From assembly GCA_040256005.1 (NCBI GenBank), contig JBDZWC010000019.1, forward strand, positions 1 through 32,351: 32,351 nt of DNA, given 5' to 3'. The notes under the pieces were generated by a model. The model was not told the DNA's origin, did not search any database, and was given only the letters and a program-made list of their open reading frames with translations. The position numbers were made by a program, and so were the translations under genes. The DNA is from Deinococcaceae bacterium (GTDB lineage: Bacteria; Deinococcota; Deinococci; Deinococcales; Trueperaceae). How positions within the stretch are numbered: the first letter of the stretch is position 1; each line of letters opens with the position of its first letter. Positions 1 to 8,533 of the stretch are shown here, piece after piece.

Positions 1-6
1 ATCGCC

Positions 7-36
7 TTGACTGGCTTTCTGCCGGGGCTATATCAT
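7..36 (+). promoter_or_regulatory. sigma70-type promoter for tRNA-Leu
   Basis: TTGACT (7-12), 18-bp spacer, TATCAT (31-36), about 30 nt upstream of the tRNA. Confidence 0.7.
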
Positions 37-68
37 GGCGTTTGCGTCTGACGCTCCTGGAGCGGCAA

Positions 69-155
69 GCCGAGGTGGCGGAATAGGTAGACGCGCTAGC
101 TTGAGGGGCTAGTGGCCGCAAGGCTGTAGGGGTTCAAGTCCCCTCCTCGGCACCA
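69..155 (+). tRNA. tRNA-Leu (anticodon GAG), class II with long variable arm
   Basis: Acceptor stem GCCGAGG/CCTCGGC + A + CCA; D arm GGCGGAATAGGTAGACGC; anticodon stem CTAGC/GCTAG with loop TTGAGGG (GAG at 103-105); T arm AGGGG-TTCAAGT-CCCCT. Confidence 0.97.
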
Positions 156-160
156 CCAGT

Positions 161-200
161 GAGCGCCGGCGTGCAACATCGGCCGGCGCTCTTCCTTTCC
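161..200 (+). terminator. intrinsic terminator after tRNA-Leu
   Basis: Perfect 10-bp stem GAGCGCCGGC/GCCGGCGCTC followed by TTCCTTTCC. Confidence 0.75.
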
Positions 201-336
201 CACGATCAACCGCGTTCACCATCGCGGCCATCCGCACGGGCGGACCCGTGGCGCCCGCACCCGCCGCGCCGAGGGGCGCATGGAGACGTGCCCATGCCCG
301 CTGATGCGGCTCGCGGACACCGTGATAGCCTCGGTC

Positions 337-1893
337 GTGAGCATGCTGCAGGCTAGCGGGCAGTTCCCGTTCAGCCATTACCGCGAGGGTCAGCTCGAGG
401 CCATAGACGAGGTGCGGGCCGCGTTCGCAGCCGGTAAGCGCTTCGTTGTGCTCGAAGCTCCCACGGGTTCCGGCAAGAGCGCGATAGGCGTGACGCTGGC
501 GCGCGAGGCCGGCTCCGCGTTCGTGCTCACGGCTCAGAAGGTGCTGCAGGACCAGTATGTGCAGGACTTCCGCGACCTGTCCGTCATGAAGGGCCGCTCG
601 AACTACCCCTGCCTGGTGGCCGACACCCACGCCGCGGCGGCGCCCTGCCTGGCCGGCAGGCGCTTCCCGGAATGCGATGACTGCCCGTACTTCGTCGCCA
701 AGGACGTCGCCATGGCTGCCAAGGTCGCGACGATGAACTACGCGTACTTCCTCGCGGAGCTCAACTACGCCGGCGCCTTCGGCAAACGCGAGCTGCTCGT
801 CCTCGACGAGGCCCACAACACAGAAGCTGCGCTCATGGGGTTCGTGCAGGTGGGCCTGAGCGAGGGCCAACTGGCGCGCGCCGGCCTGGCCAGGGCGCTG
901 CCGCCGGACATGGGCCCCGAGGTCGCGTTCGATTTCGTGGATGACCTGCTGCCCGACATGGTGGGCCGGGCTCGGGCCATCGACAAGGACCTCAAGGGCG
1001 ACGCCACCGATGAGGCCTCGGTGGCGCAACTGCGCATCAAGCAGTGGCTGGAGTCGGCGCACGCCCGCTTGCGGTTCCTGCTCGAGAGCCACGCCAGCGG
1101 CGAGGTCGACTGGGTCGTGGAGCGCGGCCGTGACCAGCACGGCGCCACGCTGACGTTCAAGCCGGTGGAGGTGCGGGCGTTCGCCCACGAGTTCGTGTTC
1201 GCCCACGCCGACCGCGTGCTGTTCATGTCCGCGACCATCCTCGACGCCCGCACCTTCCTGAGCTCCCTCGGCATCGAGGAGGACGAGGCCGCCATTGTGA
1301 GGGTGCCGTCGTCGTTCCCCGCACACAGGCGGCCGGTCGTGCTGCGCCCGTCGGCGCGCCTGACCAGGCGCTACCAGGAGCGCGATCTACCGCTGCTGGC
1401 CGCCGCCGTCTCGGAGCTGGCCCAGGACCATGCCGCTGATAAGGGCGTCGTCCACGCGCACTCGTACATGATCGCCACCTACCTGGCGAAGCACATAGCC
1501 GCAGACCAGCGCTGGAGGCTGGTCACGCACTCAGACGCCGCCGGCAGGGAGGCCGCGCTGGCGCAGCACCTGACTTCGACCGAGCCCACGATCCTCATCA
1601 CGCCGAGCATGACCGAGGGCATAGACCTGGCCGACGACCTGGCGCGGTGGCAGGTGCTGTGCAAGGTGCCCTACCCCTACCTGGGCGACAAGCAGGTCGC
1701 CGCCCGCATGGAGCGCGACCGCGACTGGTACGACTGGCGCACCTGCCTGTCCGTCGTCCAGGCGTACGGCCGGTCGGTGAGGAGCGCCGAGGACCACGCC
1801 GTCACCTACCTACTTGACGCGGACTTCCCGACGTTCATCAGGCGTCAAGCCGCGCGGTTGCCAGAGTGGTTCATGGAAGCGATCGAGACCTGA
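337..1893 (+). CDS. ATP-dependent DNA helicase, DinG/YoaA/XPD family with 4Fe-4S motif
   Basis: Q motif YREGQ, Walker A EAPTGSGKS, DEAH, SAT, TEGID, QAYGRSVR; four Cys in NYPC..APC..ECDDCPY. Start placed at GTG 337 (TG-A-TAGCCT -10 element 5 nt upstream); ATG 343 or ATG 280 are alternatives. Confidence 0.9.
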   Translation: MSMLQASGQFPFSHYREGQLEAIDEVRAAFAAGKRFVVLEAPTGSGKSAIGVTLAREAGSAFVLTAQKVLQDQYVQDFRDLSVMKGRSNYPCLVADTHAAAAPCLAGRRFPECDDCPYFVAKDVAMAAKVATMNYAYFLAELNYAGAFGKRELLVLDEAHNTEAALMGFVQVGLSEGQLARAGLARALPPDMGPEVAFDFVDDLLPDMVGRARAIDKDLKGDATDEASVAQLRIKQWLESAHARLRFLLESHASGEVDWVVERGRDQHGATLTFKPVEVRAFAHEFVFAHADRVLFMSATILDARTFLSSLGIEEDEAAIVRVPSSFPAHRRPVVLRPSARLTRRYQERDLPLLAAAVSELAQDHAADKGVVHAHSYMIATYLAKHIAADQRWRLVTHSDAAGREAALAQHLTSTEPTILITPSMTEGIDLADDLARWQVLCKVPYPYLGDKQVAARMERDRDWYDWRTCLSVVQAYGRSVRSAEDHAVTYLLDADFPTFIRRQAARLPEWFMEAIET

Positions 1894-1909
1894 GCCAAGT
1901 AGCTGCCGG

Positions 1910-1982
1910 TCAGGCGTCGGCTGCCACTGATAGCGATCAGGCGTCGGCTGCCACTGATAGCGATCAGGCGTCGGCTGCCACT
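1910..1982. repeat. 27-bp tandem repeat, 2.7 copies (TCAGGCGTCGGCTGCCACTGATAGCGA)
   Basis: Identical copies at 1910-1936 and 1937-1963, partial copy 1964-1982, no spacers, between convergent genes. Confidence 0.95.
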
Positions 1983-2005
1983 CAGGGAGAGGGACGTCCG
2001 CGGCC

Positions 2006-3199
2006 TCAGAAGTGATCGTTATGCGTCTTGAACACCGGGTGACCGGCGAGCGCACGCCCTAGCGGTCGTAGCTTCGCCACGGAGCCCTCCGCCCAACCGT
2101 CAGCGAGCAACGACTCCGGCGTGGCTGCCCCGGTCACCAAGGCGGCCAGCGCTCGCACGTCGAGCGCGGCGTCGGGATCGGAAGACCGCGACCCCGTGAC
2201 GGTCGCGCCGCCTGCGCCGCTCAGCTCCACGTCGAAAGTGCCGTCGTTCCACGGACAGTCCTTGTCCACCACACGGATGGTGAGCGACGCGTCCTCTTGC
2301 CACTGGAGGACCGACAGCGCGGCCCGCAGGTCGACGATGCGGACCTGAAGCTCGGGCGCGTGCACCGTCTGGTAGGAGGCGCGGTCGAGGGCGATCGGGT
2401 CGCCCGGCGGCAGGTGCAGCCGCACGCGGTCCACCTGGCCCTCGAACGCGGCCAGGAACGCGAACAGCCGCCGCCTGCCGGCTGGTGACGAGTACGCCAT
2501 GTCCCTGACCTTGAGGGTGGCCCGGCTCGGGTCGACTGGAGGGTCCTCCACCGAGACGACCGCGTACGCGTCCTCCAGCTCGTACCCGAAGTGGGCGACA
2601 TGTTCCCACGGGCGCCTGAACGTGAAGCTCCAGTGGTCCTTGATGTCGTCGTCGCGGGTGAGCGCGAACGAGAACCGCTTCGCGTAAGCGCCGAACGTGG
2701 CGCTCATGGCCGGTGAAGCGGACTCCACCGGCTCGGCCCCCGTGTCGCCCGCCAGCGTCACGCCCGCGCTGGCCCGCAACCGTTCGGGGGTCATCTCCAG
2801 CGTGTGGCCGTTCAGGACCGTCTGATAGCCCAGCTTGGCGTAGAAGGTCGGTTCGAACGGGTGCTCCGCGCTCCAGCCGATCCCGTCCTCGCGCAGGTCA
2901 GCGAACCAGCGCCGCAGTTGCTGGGCGACGAGCCCCCCGCGACGCGCCTCGGGCGCGGTGGCCACGCCGGTCAGGCCGCCGATCCTGACCTGCCTGCCCC
3001 CGAGGAGGGCACCGAAGGGCACCATGAACGTCACGCTGCGCAGCCTGCCGCCCCTGAAGGCGCCGAGGCTGTAGGGCATGCGCCAGGTGAGGTGCTCGGC
3101 CGCTGTTTCGCGGTCCTCGACCGGGTGGTAGGCGACGGACCGCACGTCGAGGAGCTGGTCCATGTCGTCGGCGGTGAGGGGCCGGAACTCGTGGTCCAT
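2006..3199 (-). CDS. Eis-like GNAT N-acetyltransferase with SCP2-like C-terminal domain (copy 2)
   Basis: VATAPEARRGG acetyl-CoA motif, EHPFEPTFYAKLGY, QVRIVDL, DKDCPWNDGTF, C-terminal DHF; ATG 3199 preceded by GGAG. Confidence 0.9.
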   Translation of the reverse strand: MDHEFRPLTADDMDQLLDVRSVAYHPVEDRETAAEHLTWRMPYSLGAFRGGRLRSVTFMVPFGALLGGRQVRIGGLTGVATAPEARRGGLVAQQLRRWFADLREDGIGWSAEHPFEPTFYAKLGYQTVLNGHTLEMTPERLRASAGVTLAGDTGAEPVESASPAMSATFGAYAKRFSFALTRDDDIKDHWSFTFRRPWEHVAHFGYELEDAYAVVSVEDPPVDPSRATLKVRDMAYSSPAGRRRLFAFLAAFEGQVDRVRLHLPPGDPIALDRASYQTVHAPELQVRIVDLRAALSVLQWQEDASLTIRVVDKDCPWNDGTFDVELSGAGGATVTGSRSSDPDAALDVRALAALVTGAATPESLLADGWAEGSVAKLRPLGRALAGHPVFKTHNDHF

Positions 3200-3221
3200 G
3201 GGCGGGGCTCCAGTCTGGGGT

Positions 3222-4382
3222 CTAGAAGTGGTCCGCGCGGGGCATGTAAACGGGGTGTCGCGAGAGCAGGCCGGCCAAGGCGTCAAGCGCCGCCACGTCG
3301 CCCTCGGCCACGCCGGTCGCCAACAGCGAGCGTGGGTCCTGGGCTCCGAACAGCGCGGCCGCCAGGCCCAAGGGCCCCAGCGACACGTCCGCTGTCGTGC
3401 CGGCGGGCGCCAGGGTCGCCTCGCAACCGTCCGGGCCCAGCCGCAGCCTGAAGACACCGTCCTGCCACGGACAGTCCGGGTCCGTGAGCGACAGGGTGAA
3501 CTCGGCCTCCGCCGGCGCGGAAAGGCCCGCTAGTGTGGCGGGCAGGTCCACGACACGCACCTGCAGGCCGTGCATGCGCTGCAGGTAGCGGTCGCCGTAC
3601 ATGGCTGTGAGCGGATCGCCGGGCGGCAGCATGATGAGCACGTGGTCCACCTGCCCGGCGAAGCTCGCCAGGTAGGCCAACAGACGGCGCCGCCCGGCGG
3701 GGCTCGTGTACGCGTAGTCGCGTACGAAGAGGTAGGGCTCGGAAGACCGGTCGACCCAGGCGCTGGCGTAGGCGTCGCCCACGAGCGCTGTCACGATGCG
3801 TTCGTCGAGCCCGGGCGGTTGCGTGGCATAGTTCATGCCGCCCCTGGTCCCGTCGTCCCGCGTCAGGGCCAGGCTGTAGCGGCTCGCGAACTGCGCGTGG
3901 ATGGGGCCGACCTGGGAGTGGTCGTCCGGATCAACCTCGACCGCCTCGTAGGGCTCCGCAGTGGCCAGGACCGAGACAGGCAGCTTGACGAGGTGGCCGT
4001 GTGACACGCTCTGGTACCCGTAGCGGGCGTAGAACCGCGGGTCGAAGGGCGAGTCGGCGCTCAGGCCCACGCCACGCTCGTGGAGGACCTCGAACCAGCG
4101 CCGCAGCAGCGCCGCGACGTGCCCTCGCCGCCTCTCGGTGGGGGCAGTGGCGACGGCAGCCAGGCCGCCCAGGCCTTGCCTGGTGCCGCCCACGTAGGCG
4201 GTGAACGGCCACATCGTCGCAAGGCTCGCGAGCCTGCCACCCTCGAACGAGCCGAGGACGTACGCCAGGATGCGCTCGAGGAACTCCCGGTGATCCTGGC
4301 TCATCGGATGCCCGAACGCGAACGAGCGGATGGGCATGGCCGCGTCGATGTCGTCGCCGGTGAGGAAGCGGACCTCACGCAC
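3222..4382 (-). CDS. Eis-like GNAT N-acetyltransferase with SCP2-like C-terminal domain (copy 1)
   Basis: VATAPTERRRG, DSPFDPRFYARYGY, QVRVVDL, DPDCPWQDGVF, C-terminal DHF; AAGGAG upstream of GTG. Confidence 0.9.
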   Translation of the reverse strand: MREVRFLTGDDIDAAMPIRSFAFGHPMSQDHREFLERILAYVLGSFEGGRLASLATMWPFTAYVGGTRQGLGGLAAVATAPTERRRGHVAALLRRWFEVLHERGVGLSADSPFDPRFYARYGYQSVSHGHLVKLPVSVLATAEPYEAVEVDPDDHSQVGPIHAQFASRYSLALTRDDGTRGGMNYATQPPGLDERIVTALVGDAYASAWVDRSSEPYLFVRDYAYTSPAGRRRLLAYLASFAGQVDHVLIMLPPGDPLTAMYGDRYLQRMHGLQVRVVDLPATLAGLSAPAEAEFTLSLTDPDCPWQDGVFRLRLGPDGCEATLAPAGTTADVSLGPLGLAAALFGAQDPRSLLATGVAEGDVAALDALAGLLSRHPVYMPRADHF

Positions 4383-4391
4383 GGTACGTGG

Positions 4392-4853
4392 TCACTCCTT
4401 CGTGAACGGGAGGTTGGGCGCCCGCTCCACGGCCGTGCGAAGCACCATGATCGTCTCGGTGCGCTCCACGCCGTCGAGCATGAACATCCTGTCGAGGAGG
4501 TCGTCGAGCTCGGCGGTGGAGCTGGCCCGCACCTTGGCCATGAACGAGTAGACGCCGGCGACGGAGTAGACGGCCTCCACCTCCGCCAGGGCAGCCAGGC
4601 GGTCCACGAGCTGTTTGGCCGGCTTGCGGGGTTGCGGGGCGATCATCACGAAGGCGGTCACGTTGAGGCCCACGGCCTCGGGGTCAAGGACGGCCCGGAA
4701 GCCCCTGATCACGCCGGCCTGCTCCAGCTTGCGCACCCGCTCGCCCACGGCAGGGGCCGACAGCCCGACAGCCTTGGCGAGGCTGGCGTGGCTGGCTCGC
4801 CCGTCCTCGCGCAGCAGCTCGAGAAGGCACTTGTCGACGGCGTCGAACTGCAT
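4392..4853 (-). CDS. Lrp/AsnC family transcriptional regulator
   Basis: DAVDKCLLELLREDGRASHASLAKAVGLSAPAVGERVRKLEQAGVIRGF HTH plus RAM domain (YSVAGVYSF); start at ATG 4853. Confidence 0.95.
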   Translation of the reverse strand: MQFDAVDKCLLELLREDGRASHASLAKAVGLSAPAVGERVRKLEQAGVIRGFRAVLDPEAVGLNVTAFVMIAPQPRKPAKQLVDRLAALAEVEAVYSVAGVYSFMAKVRASSTAELDDLLDRMFMLDGVERTETIMVLRTAVERAPNLPFTKE

Positions 4854-4909
4854 GCTGAGCGAATCTAGCACGGGAGAGAGGCGCCCCCGGCCCTTGCTAT
4901 CGTTGCCGC
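4854..4909. promoter_or_regulatory. back-to-back extended -10 (leaderless) promoters for the Lrp gene and ymdB
   Basis: Minus strand TG-C-TAGATT (4867-4862) 8 nt before ATG 4853; plus strand TG-C-TATCGT (4898-4903) 6 nt before GTG 4910. Confidence 0.65.
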
Positions 4910-5704
4910 GTGCGCATCCTGTTCGTGGGCGACGTGTTCGCCACTCCCGGCATGAGAGCGGCCATCGCGTTCATAGCGAAGCGGCGCGAGGAGTACGACC
5001 TGGTGGTCGTCAACGGCGAGAACGCGGCCGGGGGCTTCGGGATCACGCGCCGGCACTTCGAGCAGCTGCTGGCGGCTGGAGCGGACGTAGTCACGCTGGG
5101 CAACCACGCGTTCGACCAAGGCGAGGTCCTCGACATGCTCGAGGAGACGACCCGGCTGCTGCGGCCGGCCAACCTACCCATGGCCACGCCGGGCATGGGC
5201 CACAGCGTCGTGCAGACGCGAGGGGGCGAGCGGGCGGTGGTGGTCCAGGTGATGGGCCGGATCTTCATGGACCCGATCGACGATCCGTTCCGGGCGATGG
5301 ACGAGGTGCTGGAGCTCGCGCCGGCCGGCGTGCCGGTGATCGTGGACTTCCACGCCGAAGCCACCAGCGAGAAGAAGGTCATGCTGCACCACCTGGCCGG
5401 CCGGGTGGCGCTGCTGGTGGGCACGCACACCCATGTGCAGACGGCCGACGAGACCGTCTACAAGGGCACGGCCTACCTCACGGACGTGGGCATGACCGGT
5501 GTGCAGGGTTCCTCGATCGGCATGCGCTACGAGGACGTGTACCACCGGCTCGTTACCAAGCTGCCGCGTCGCTACCGGCCCGCCGAGGGTCAGGTGACGG
5601 TCTGCGCCGTCTCGGTGGAGGTGAGAGGGAATCGCGCGGTCGCGATCGAGCGGCTGTGGGTGCCCCAGGCCCGTGAGTCCGCGGTGGAGGCCGGCGCGCC
5701 TTGA
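4910..5704 (+). CDS. ymdB: YmdB-like (TIGR00282) metallophosphoesterase
   Basis: LFVGDV, NGENAAGG, TLGNH, LRPAN, DFHAEATSEK, GTHTHVQT, TDVGMTG signatures. Confidence 0.92.
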   Translation: MRILFVGDVFATPGMRAAIAFIAKRREEYDLVVVNGENAAGGFGITRRHFEQLLAAGADVVTLGNHAFDQGEVLDMLEETTRLLRPANLPMATPGMGHSVVQTRGGERAVVVQVMGRIFMDPIDDPFRAMDEVLELAPAGVPVIVDFHAEATSEKKVMLHHLAGRVALLVGTHTHVQTADETVYKGTAYLTDVGMTGVQGSSIGMRYEDVYHRLVTKLPRRYRPAEGQVTVCAVSVEVRGNRAVAIERLWVPQARESAVEAGAP

Positions 5705-8445
5705 CCGACCCCGCCGCCAGGGTCAAACCGGCCTCCGGCAGCGAGGCCGAGGGCGGCTTCGAGCGCCTGAGCGCCGATGTGGACTTCCTCGGCACGTGCC
5801 TCGGTGACGTCCTGCGGGAGCAGGAGGGGGCCCGGCTCTTCGAGCTGGTAGAGCGGGTGCGCGGCCTCACCAAGGCCATACGCGCCGGCGACGAGGAGTC
5901 ACGGCGGCGGGAGCGCGCGGAGCTGGCCGAGGTGCTACAGGGTCTGGACACCGCCACCGCCGAGAAGCTCGTACGCGCCTTCACCGTGTACTTCCAGCTG
6001 GTGAACCTGGCCGAGGAGGTCCACCGCGTCCGGGTCAACCGCGAGCGCGGCGTGACCGCGTCGGTGGACGGCCCGCGGGGCGAGAGCATCGCGGCCGCGG
6101 TGAAGGCGCTCAAGGACCAAGGCTGGTCAGCCGCCGAGGCGAGGCGGTTCATCGAGGGCCTCGACGTGCAGCTCACGGTGACCGCCCACCCCACCGAGGT
6201 CAAGCGCTACACGGTCAGGCTGAAGCTCGAGCGCGTCTCGGCAGCTCTGAGGCAGTTGGGAGAGAGGCGGCTGGCGCCCTCGGACCGGCAGGCGCTGGTG
6301 GACACGATCTACGCCGAGGTCACCGCGCTGTGGCTCACACGCGAGGCCAACGAGGACCGGCCGACGGTCCTCGACGAGGTGAAGAGCGCCCTGTACTACT
6401 ACCGGCGGTCGCTGCTCGACGCGGTGCCCAGGCTCATGCGCGACGTCGACGAGGCGCTGGCCACCTACTACGGCACCGAGGCGCTGCCCATGGGCGCCCT
6501 CGAGCCCATCGTCAGGTTCAGGTCGTGGATAGGCGGCGACCGCGACGGCAACCCGTACGTCACGCCGACGGTGACCCGCGAGGCCTACGAGCTGCAGCGC
6601 GGGGTGGCGCTGGAGCGGTACCTCGAGGACATCGACCTCCTGGTGCAGCGGCTCTCGCAGCACGAGGACCGTGTGGTCCTCACCGGCCGCTTCCGGGAGG
6701 ACCTGGCCGAGCTGGACGAGCGCTACGGCGAGAGCACACGGTTCCCGCGGGAGCCGTTCCGACGCAAGCTCGAGCACATGCACCGGTTCGTGAGGGCGGA
6801 GAGGGCCGGCGAGGGCGCCTACCCGGGCGGCCCGGCCGGCTACGTAGGAGACCTGGAGCTGGTGGAGCACACGCTGGCTTCGACGCACGCCGGCCGCCTG
6901 GCCGAGACTTTCGTGCGCCCCGCGCGCTACCGGGCTGACGCCTTCGGGTTCGTGCTGGCGCCGCTGGACCTGCGCGAGCACTCCTCCAAGCACGAGCAGG
7001 CGGTGGCAGACCTACTCGCCTTCGGAGGCGTAACCGACGACTACGCGGCGCTGGCCGAGGACGAACGCGTGAGCCTGCTGGCCCGCGAGCTCGCGACGCC
7101 CCGGCCGCTGGCGCCTTCGTGGGCCCGGTTCGGGGAGGAAGCTACGCGGGCGCTGGACTCGTTGAAGGTGCTCAGAGAGGTGAAGGAGCGCTACGGCCCC
7201 GAGGCCGTGGGCGCCACGATCGTGAGCTTCACGAACGGCCCTTCCGACGTGCTCGAGGCGTTGCTGCTGGCCAAGGAGGCCGGCATCCCGGACATCGACG
7301 CGACGCCGTTGTTCGAGACCCTCGACGACCTGCGGCGTGCGCCCGCAGTCATGCGATCGCTCTTCGAGACCCCTGTCTACCGCGAGCATGTGGGCAGGCG
7401 CGGCGTCCAAGAGGTGATGATAGGCTACTCGGACTCGAACAAGGACGTCGGGTTCCTCAGCGCCAACTGGGCGCTGTACCAGGCGCAGGAGGGGCTGGCG
7501 CGGGTGGCGGGCGAGGCGGGGGTGCCGCTCAGGCTGTTCCACGGGCGCGGCACCAGCATCGGCCGCGGCGGCGGTCCTGCCGGCCAGGCGATCCTCGCTC
7601 AGCCGCCCGGCTCGTTGGGCGGGCGCATGCGCATGACCGAGCAAGGGGAGGCGCTGTCCGACCGCTACGCCGACCCTGACCTGGCGCACCGGCACCTGGA
7701 GCAGGTCGTGCACGCGTTCATCCAGTCCTCGGCGCGGGACGCCCGCGGCGTGGAGGAACTCGATCCCCGCTACCGAGAGGCGGCCCAGCTCGCCGCCGAC
7801 GCCAGCCGCGAGAGCTACCGGCGCCTGGTGGACGACGACGGGTTCTTCGAGTTCTTCACCGCCGTGACGCCCATCGAGGAGATCAGCCGCTTGAACGTGG
7901 GGTCGCGGCCGGCCAGCCGCGGCCAGGGCGGCTCGCGCGAGGACCTGCGCGCGATCCCGTGGGTGTTCGCCTGGACGCAGTGCCGGGCGAACGTGCCCGG
8001 GTGGTACGGCATCGGGACCGGGCTGGCGGCGCTGGCCCCGGGCCTATCGGCGGAGATGTACGAGCGCTGGCCGTTCTTCCGGGCCGTCGTCGACTTCGCG
8101 CAGATGAGCCTGGCGAAGGCCGACATGGACGTGTTCGGCAGCTACCTGACCCTGGCGGAGGAGCCTCATCGCAGCGCGTTGGGGGGTCTGATACTCCAAG
8201 AGTTCGAACTGTCGGTGAAGGAGGTCGAGGCCGCCACGGGCGCGCCCCTGCTCGCCGGCGACGGCGTCTTGGCCCGTTCCATCGCGCTGCGCAACCCGTA
8301 CGTCGACCCCATCAGCCACCTGCAGGTCGAGCTGCTCAGGCGCCTGCGAGCGTCATCCCAGGACTCACTGGTCGAGAGGTCGCTGAGTTACGCTGTCTTG
8401 GTTTCGCTGATCGGCATCTCAGCGGGCATGCGGACGACCGGCTGA
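5701..8445 (+). CDS. ppc: phosphoenolpyruvate carboxylase
   Basis: TAHPTE, SWIGGDRDGNP, QEVMIGYSDSNKD, FHGRGTSIGRGGG, LRAIPWVF, C-terminal GMRTTG; TTG start overlaps the ymdB stop. Confidence 0.97.
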   Translation: MTDPAARVKPASGSEAEGGFERLSADVDFLGTCLGDVLREQEGARLFELVERVRGLTKAIRAGDEESRRRERAELAEVLQGLDTATAEKLVRAFTVYFQLVNLAEEVHRVRVNRERGVTASVDGPRGESIAAAVKALKDQGWSAAEARRFIEGLDVQLTVTAHPTEVKRYTVRLKLERVSAALRQLGERRLAPSDRQALVDTIYAEVTALWLTREANEDRPTVLDEVKSALYYYRRSLLDAVPRLMRDVDEALATYYGTEALPMGALEPIVRFRSWIGGDRDGNPYVTPTVTREAYELQRGVALERYLEDIDLLVQRLSQHEDRVVLTGRFREDLAELDERYGESTRFPREPFRRKLEHMHRFVRAERAGEGAYPGGPAGYVGDLELVEHTLASTHAGRLAETFVRPARYRADAFGFVLAPLDLREHSSKHEQAVADLLAFGGVTDDYAALAEDERVSLLARELATPRPLAPSWARFGEEATRALDSLKVLREVKERYGPEAVGATIVSFTNGPSDVLEALLLAKEAGIPDIDATPLFETLDDLRRAPAVMRSLFETPVYREHVGRRGVQEVMIGYSDSNKDVGFLSANWALYQAQEGLARVAGEAGVPLRLFHGRGTSIGRGGGPAGQAILAQPPGSLGGRMRMTEQGEALSDRYADPDLAHRHLEQVVHAFIQSSARDARGVEELDPRYREAAQLAADASRESYRRLVDDDGFFEFFTAVTPIEEISRLNVGSRPASRGQGGSREDLRAIPWVFAWTQCRANVPGWYGIGTGLAALAPGLSAEMYERWPFFRAVVDFAQMSLAKADMDVFGSYLTLAEEPHRSALGGLILQEFELSVKEVEAATGAPLLAGDGVLARSIALRNPYVDPISHLQVELLRRLRASSQDSLVERSLSYAVLVSLIGISAGMRTTG

Positions 8446-8533
8446 CGTTAGCTCTTTCACATCCACCACAGCACTCATGGCGTTCACGAGACCGGTTCGT
8501 AGCCTCTTAGCCGAGGCTCATGAGGAGTGTTGA

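Noticed and set aside
69..158. tRNA as an island attachment site, and the genomic CCACCA end
   Set aside because: No integrase and no duplicated tRNA 3' end seen in the window; CCACCA decay tagging is post-transcriptional and associated with G1-G2 acceptor stems (here G1-C2), so the extra CCA is probably chance
1910..1982. Possible mini-CRISPR array
   Set aside because: Repeats are head-to-tail with no unique spacers and no cas genes; the adjacent DinG has no type IV cas neighbours
1810..2055. 81-aa ORF with WQPTPDRYQ repeats
   Set aside because: By-product of the 27-bp repeat; overlaps both flanking genes and has no translation signals
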